Origin: Verrucomicrobia bacterium UBA1731 | Lineage (GTDB): Bacteria > Verrucomicrobiota > Kiritimatiellia > RFP12 > UBA1067 | Length of the DNA stretch: 37,993 bases | Assembly: GCA_002317575.1 (NCBI GenBank) | Contig: DCIH01000004.1 | Coordinates: forward strand, 21,171-59,163 | Direction: 5' to 3' | Shown: piece by piece, positions 34,914 to 37,993 of the stretch | Layout of the letters: each line of letters begins with the position of its first letter | How positions within the stretch are numbered: the stretch's first letter is position 1 | The notes under the pieces: model-generated | Databases searched by the model: none | Seen by the model: the letters and a program-made list of their open reading frames with translations, nothing else | Told to the model about the DNA's origin: nothing | Translations under genes and position numbers: made by a program

Positions 34914-35348
34914 TCATATTTTTTCGTTGAGGAGTTTCTTTCGCGGCTCGCCGAATTCCGGCCCCGCGAGGTGGCTTTCGTCTTCCGACTCGTCGAAACT
35001 TTCGGGCGTCACCTCGCCGTTGGCCACCGCCTTGAACAGATCGAGCGCCTGCTGTCGCGCGTCCTTTCGCGGTTCCTTGATCTCGACGGGCATACGCTTC
35101 AGCACGTCGAAGGCGGCGTAGTCCATCGCCGGGGATATGAGCGATTCGGGGATGTCGTAGCTCGCCGCCGACATCCGCACCTGTTTGTTTTTTCGGACGT
35201 ACCCGCGCACCATCGCCGCCGTGCGCTTGAGGAGGTCTTCGACCGGGTCTGCCCCCGACGCGAAGTCGGGAGACGTCCTGTACGCCTCCAGCTCCTTTTG
35301 GGAGAGCGTGGCGGCGATGTCCTGCAGTGTCGGGGTTCTCCATGCCAT
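34914..35348 (-). CDS. Mu gp36/DUF1320-like head-completion protein (144 aa)
   Basis: The pattern T..DI...LS..EL.........DPVEDLL.RTAAMVRGYV.......IPESLISPAMDYAAFDVLKR....E.R...RQQALDLFKAVANGE resembles DUF1320. AAAGGAG SD. Confidence 0.5.
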   Translation of the reverse strand: MAWRTPTLQDIAATLSQKELEAYRTSPDFASGADPVEDLLKRTAAMVRGYVRKNKQVRMSAASYDIPESLISPAMDYAAFDVLKRMPVEIKEPRKDARQQALDLFKAVANGEVTPESFDESEDESHLAGPEFGEPRKKLLNEKI

Positions 35349-35349
35349 G

Positions 35350-35817
35350 TCAGTTAGCTCCTTTGTTCGCGGAGGCCGTCGCCCCCGTCCGTTGCATCAC
35401 GTCGATCTTGTCCTCGAGGGCCTTGACGCGTTGGCGCTGTTGCACCAGCTCTTCCATGACCGCCGGGGGGACGCGCCAATGGTCGACCTTTCCCTCGGCG
35501 TTCGTCACGGCGTAAACCCAGCGATCCGCCGAAACGACCACCGCCTGCGGCTTCGCGCTCGAACAGCCGACCGCCCAGCAGGCGGACGCCGCAAAAATCC
35601 CGGCGACGCATCCACGTAGCATGGCGTTCACCTTCTGCTCGTCTCCGCCCCACACGGCGGCGTTCAGTTCCTCGTACGCCGCCTCTTTCGATTCCCTCGC
35701 TTTGGCCACGTCTCCCTCAGCATCCCTTGTTTCGTTGTTTTTCGTAGATTTCCACTTGAAAAACGCGCCTATGGCGTTTCCAACGCCGCCGATCATGGTT
35801 GTAATTCCGTCGATCAT
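35350..35817 (-). CDS. membrane protein (155 aa) with nested in-frame lipoprotein-type start at 35622
   Basis: ATG 35817 behind GGGAGG; the track start at 35865 is TTG. N-terminal hydrophobic MIDGITTMIGGVGNAIGAFF. The internal ATG 35622 has its own GAAGGTGAAC SD and reads MLRGCVAGIFAASACWAVG-C (lipobox-like). Confidence 0.55.
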   Translation of the reverse strand: MIDGITTMIGGVGNAIGAFFKWKSTKNNETRDAEGDVAKARESKEAAYEELNAAVWGGDEQKVNAMLRGCVAGIFAASACWAVGCSSAKPQAVVVSADRWVYAVTNAEGKVDHWRVPPAVMEELVQQRQRVKALEDKIDVMQRTGATASANKGAN

Positions 35818-36120
35818 CCAAAACCTCCCGCAGTCGCCGATCAAGTCAAAAAGAAAGACGGACAAAACCGCAATGCCCGAAAAACGCGAAAATCCGCCCC
35901 GTCACGCTTCGCGCGTGAACCCGCGCGCACGTTTTTCCGTGAAACGCTCCGCGCGCACACAGGGCCGTTTTTGACCCGTTTCAGCAAATCGAGTCGTTTT
36001 CCCGTCCCAGTTATCCGCGAAAACGCCGAAATGACCGCCGCCGCGAGCCGTCTTTCCGTGGCCCCTGCGCCACGATCTGTCTTTGTGGTCGCTCATGTCA
36101 TCGCCGTGGCGGTAAAATCC

Positions 36121-36157
36121 GGGGGCCTCCATGCGCATGGCGCGCGCGGAGGCCCCC
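36121..36157 (-). terminator. strong hairpin, likely intrinsic terminator closing the GGCT unit
   Basis: GGGGGCCTCC, a 17-nt loop, then GGAGGCCCCC (perfect 10-bp stem). The minus-sense flank is GGAUUUUACC and the plus-sense flank is UUAUGUUUCC. It lies 120 nt after the stop at 36277. Confidence 0.5.
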
Positions 36158-36276
36158 TTATGTTTCCGTGAGCGCTCCACCGCCGGAAACCTCGCGGGGT
36201 TGGAAGCGCCTTGCCGTCGGGCGGCGGAACGGACGCTCTTCGCGGCCTTCCGCCCGTCTTCAAGGCGTGGCGCAAA

Positions 36277-36726
36277 TCAGCGGACGCCTTTTGCGCGCCT
36301 CTCTTGCGACGCCCTGTATGCTCGCCAGTCGGCGACTGGCTTTCCGTCGCACTTCCGTCGCGCTGGCTCGATCATCCGCGCGTTCGGGTTGTTCCGGTCT
36401 TTTTGGAGCACGTACACAAGCGCCTGCGTTTTCGTCCCGTCTTCGAACTCGACCTCCGTCTGCGTCCGACCGTAGAGTCGCGGGTAGCCCTCGAGGACGT
36501 CCATGCGCGCCAATCCGTCGTCATCCGTCTCGAGGACTTCGCAGGCGACCATCGGAGCCGAAGAGCAACGGGTCGGCTTCGCGTTCGGGAATCCATACCC
36601 CGTGTCCCAAAGTTCCCCGTGGAACGTTCCGGGCGTCCGTTTCGCGTTTCCGGCCCACCTCTCGTTTCGCTCCCCAGCCATCAGCGTCCCGTAGACGGCA
36701 ACCAATCTCGTTTTTCCGTTTTCCAT
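36277..36726 (-). CDS. gamma-glutamylcyclotransferase-fold (AIG2/GGACT-like) protein (149 aa)
   Basis: LVAVYGTLMAGERN...GELWDTGYGFP...VACEVLE...MDVLEGYPRLYGR...ALVYV matches the GGACT/AIG2 motif order. SD AAAAAGGAGAACTGCG. Confidence 0.7.
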   Translation of the reverse strand: MENGKTRLVAVYGTLMAGERNERWAGNAKRTPGTFHGELWDTGYGFPNAKPTRCSSAPMVACEVLETDDDGLARMDVLEGYPRLYGRTQTEVEFEDGTKTQALVYVLQKDRNNPNARMIEPARRKCDGKPVADWRAYRASQERRAKGVR

Positions 36727-36759
36727 CGCAGTTCTCCTTTTTCCGTTTCCAATAAACCT

Positions 36760-37446
36760 TCATCCAGCCGCCGCGAAGGCGTCAGGAAGTCCGTGCGCTC
36801 GCGCTCCCGCCGAGCAGATCGCCCGGTAATCGTCCGGGTACTTCTTGCCGCGCCGAGAGGCCCGAGCCGCGTCCGTCATGACGTAGGCCATCGCCTTGAC
36901 CTCGATGCCGCTGTCGAGGAGCGTCACGTCGACCCATGCGTCGGCGTATGTCGTCGGCCACCCTTCAAATCTGTCGAGCGCCGCCACCGCGTCTTCCGTC
37001 AAACGCCAAACCATCCCGTACGCCTTCGCGCCGCGCCTGCGTCTCATGTCTGCGTACAGACGCTCTTCGACCGTCCACCCGTCCGCCACTCCCCTGCCGA
37101 CCGGGCGCGCGTCGGCTCCGACCCGACCGAGAAGGCGCGCGTCGTCGAGGTTCGACCCGTATGCGAAATAGAGGTATTCCGTTTCCATTTTACCGTTCTC
37201 ATTCGGCGAGACCGTCTCGCATCCTCTGTCAAGCGACCCGTCAGTCTCGCATTTCCACTTGCGCCCGTCCGGCGTCACTACCGTGATCGGACTGTGCGCT
37301 TCGTATTGCGTCGTGTAGTCGACCGTTCCGCCTGTTGCGCGCGCAACCGCATTCGCGGCATCCTCTCGCGTGATGTTTTCGTATTCGAGTTCGACGCCGA
37401 ATGTGATCGTCGCCAATTCTTCCATCGTGACCGCTTTGTTGTTCAT
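36760..37446 (-). CDS. fusion: N-terminal amidoligase (Amidoligase_2/GS-like) fragment plus C-terminal GGCT-fold domain (228 aa)
   Basis: N-terminal TFGVELEYE...W.CETDGSL..GCETVSP matches the start of amidoligases, but the rest of that fold is absent. C-terminal YLYFAYGSNLDDARL...AYGMVWRL...LDRFEGWPTTY...AMAYV matches the GGCT/AIG2_2 pattern. SD AAAAAAAGGAGAACGGACG. Confidence 0.6.
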   Translation of the reverse strand: MNNKAVTMEELATITFGVELEYENITREDAANAVARATGGTVDYTTQYEAHSPITVVTPDGRKWKCETDGSLDRGCETVSPNENGKMETEYLYFAYGSNLDDARLLGRVGADARPVGRGVADGWTVEERLYADMRRRRGAKAYGMVWRLTEDAVAALDRFEGWPTTYADAWVDVTLLDSGIEVKAMAYVMTDAARASRRGKKYPDDYRAICSAGARAHGLPDAFAAAG

Positions 37447-37509
37447 CGTCCGTTCTCCTTTTTTTGGTTTGCGTCCCGACGGGCTTCCACCCCCGTCGTT
37501 ACGCCCATG

Positions 37510-37537
37510 AACATACCACGTTCAAAAACGAAAGCAA
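37510..37537 (-). promoter_or_regulatory. extended -10 promoter candidate for the amidoligase-GGCT unit
   Basis: On the minus strand: TTGCTT (37537..37532), 16 nt, then TGGTATGTT (-10 at 37515..37510). A 6-bp-stem hairpin GACGGG-cttccacc-CCCGTC lies at about 37478-37497 in the leader. Confidence 0.3.
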
Positions 37538-37712
37538 GCGGTATTTTGAATTTTTTTCACTTTTTTTCGTGGCCTTTGAGCGCCTGCAATTCATCATCTT
37601 CCGCCTTGTCCATCGTGCTTCCGAAACCGAAACCTTCACGCGCGCGCGCGTGCGCGCGCATGGTTCGGCGTGTACCCACTTCCCTTTGTCTTTCTTTCTA
37701 TTTGTCTTTTAT

Positions 37713-37979
37713 TTATAAAGGGACACTTGTTTTGCGACCTTGTTTTTGTTGTTTTTCGCGTGGTCGTTTGATGGTATGCTGGTTGCGATTCCATTCGTTG
37801 ACGAGAAAATGATACAGCAACCGCGCGCCAACCGAAAGCGCGGACGTGTCGCCGTCGGGCCGTCCGCGCCACCATCGAAACAGCGCAAGCACCAGCGCGT
37901 CGATTTCGTCGGACGTCAAGCCGACGCTTGCCCATTGCTCCACGTCATCCCGGAAGATCGGGAAATATTCGCCTTTCAT
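37713..37979 (-). CDS. short DUF6291-like protein (88 aa), paralogous to the N-terminal part of 3035..3811
   Basis: EIDALVLALFRWWRG parallels RLAFYDAIFRYAFGG, and the C-terminal KQQKQGRKTSVPL parallels KQPKQGSETRCETSVPLL in 3035..3811. GGAGG SD. Coordinates are taken from the ORF track. Confidence 0.5.
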   Translation of the reverse strand: MKGEYFPIFRDDVEQWASVGLTSDEIDALVLALFRWWRGRPDGDTSALSVGARLLYHFLVNEWNRNQHTIKRPREKQQKQGRKTSVPL

Positions 37980-37993
37980 GCGCGACCTCCGTT

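Noticed and set aside
35902-36180. 92-aa ORF in the large intergenic gap.
   Set aside because: It has no SD and Arg/Gly-rich composition, and it spans the 10-bp-stem hairpin. The region is more plausibly non-coding.
37861-37993. One-base discrepancy between the printed sequence and the ORF-track coordinates near the right end.
   Set aside because: By my count the last printed line implies 37994 bases. ORFs 37636..37935 and 37713..37979 translate as listed only if one base at the 37920/37921 line junction is dropped. I treat this as a formatting or counting artefact, possibly mine. I used the track coordinates, so positions right of about 37920 may be off by one.

Overview
This window is a contiguous piece of a GC-rich tailed-phage or prophage genome. 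The tail module looks non-contractile (siphovirus-like); no sheath gene was seen. All but one credible gene lie on the minus strand, so transcription runs right to left. The long Arg/Ala/Pro-rich ORFs in other frames are GC shadow ORFs. The ORF track labels GTG and TTG starts as M, so several starts were re-chosen from Shine-Dalgarno (SD) context. In transcription order: (i) 37979-36277 is an accessory unit: a short DUF6291-like protein, an amidoligase-fragment::GGCT fusion and a second GGCT-fold protein. It is closed by a perfect 10-bp-stem hairpin (36121-36157) and a 411-bp non-coding gap. (ii) 35817-9638 is the virion module. It holds a membrane protein with a nested in-frame lipoprotein start, a Mu gp36-like protein, and an 826-aa MuF-domain protein with a papain-fold toxin-like C-terminus next to a lone convergent plus-strand ORF (32131-32412). 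Then come connector and tail-completion genes interrupted by a GT2-TPR glycosyltransferase, the tube, a chaperone, a 1484-aa tape measure and four distal-tail proteins. Four fibre genes follow: a collagen-like fibre, a fibre with an embedded choloylglycine-hydrolase/Ntn domain, a beta-repeat fibre, and a fibre N-terminus fused to a protein that keeps a signal peptide. Two signal-peptide proteins end the block. (iii) 9471-9637 is an AT-richer regulatory gap. (iv) 9470-7641 is a dense small-gene block with four ribbon-helix-helix proteins (two are too short for the ORF track) and an Xis/MerR-type HTH. (v) 7617-1 is the early/replication block: a SleB-type hydrolase with a SAR-like anchor, a YqaJ exonuclease plus annealase, a DUF6291-like replication organiser and a ParB-like protein. 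No terminase, portal, major capsid, integrase, tRNA or CRISPR array was recognised. All family calls come from motif recognition by eye; no searches were run.
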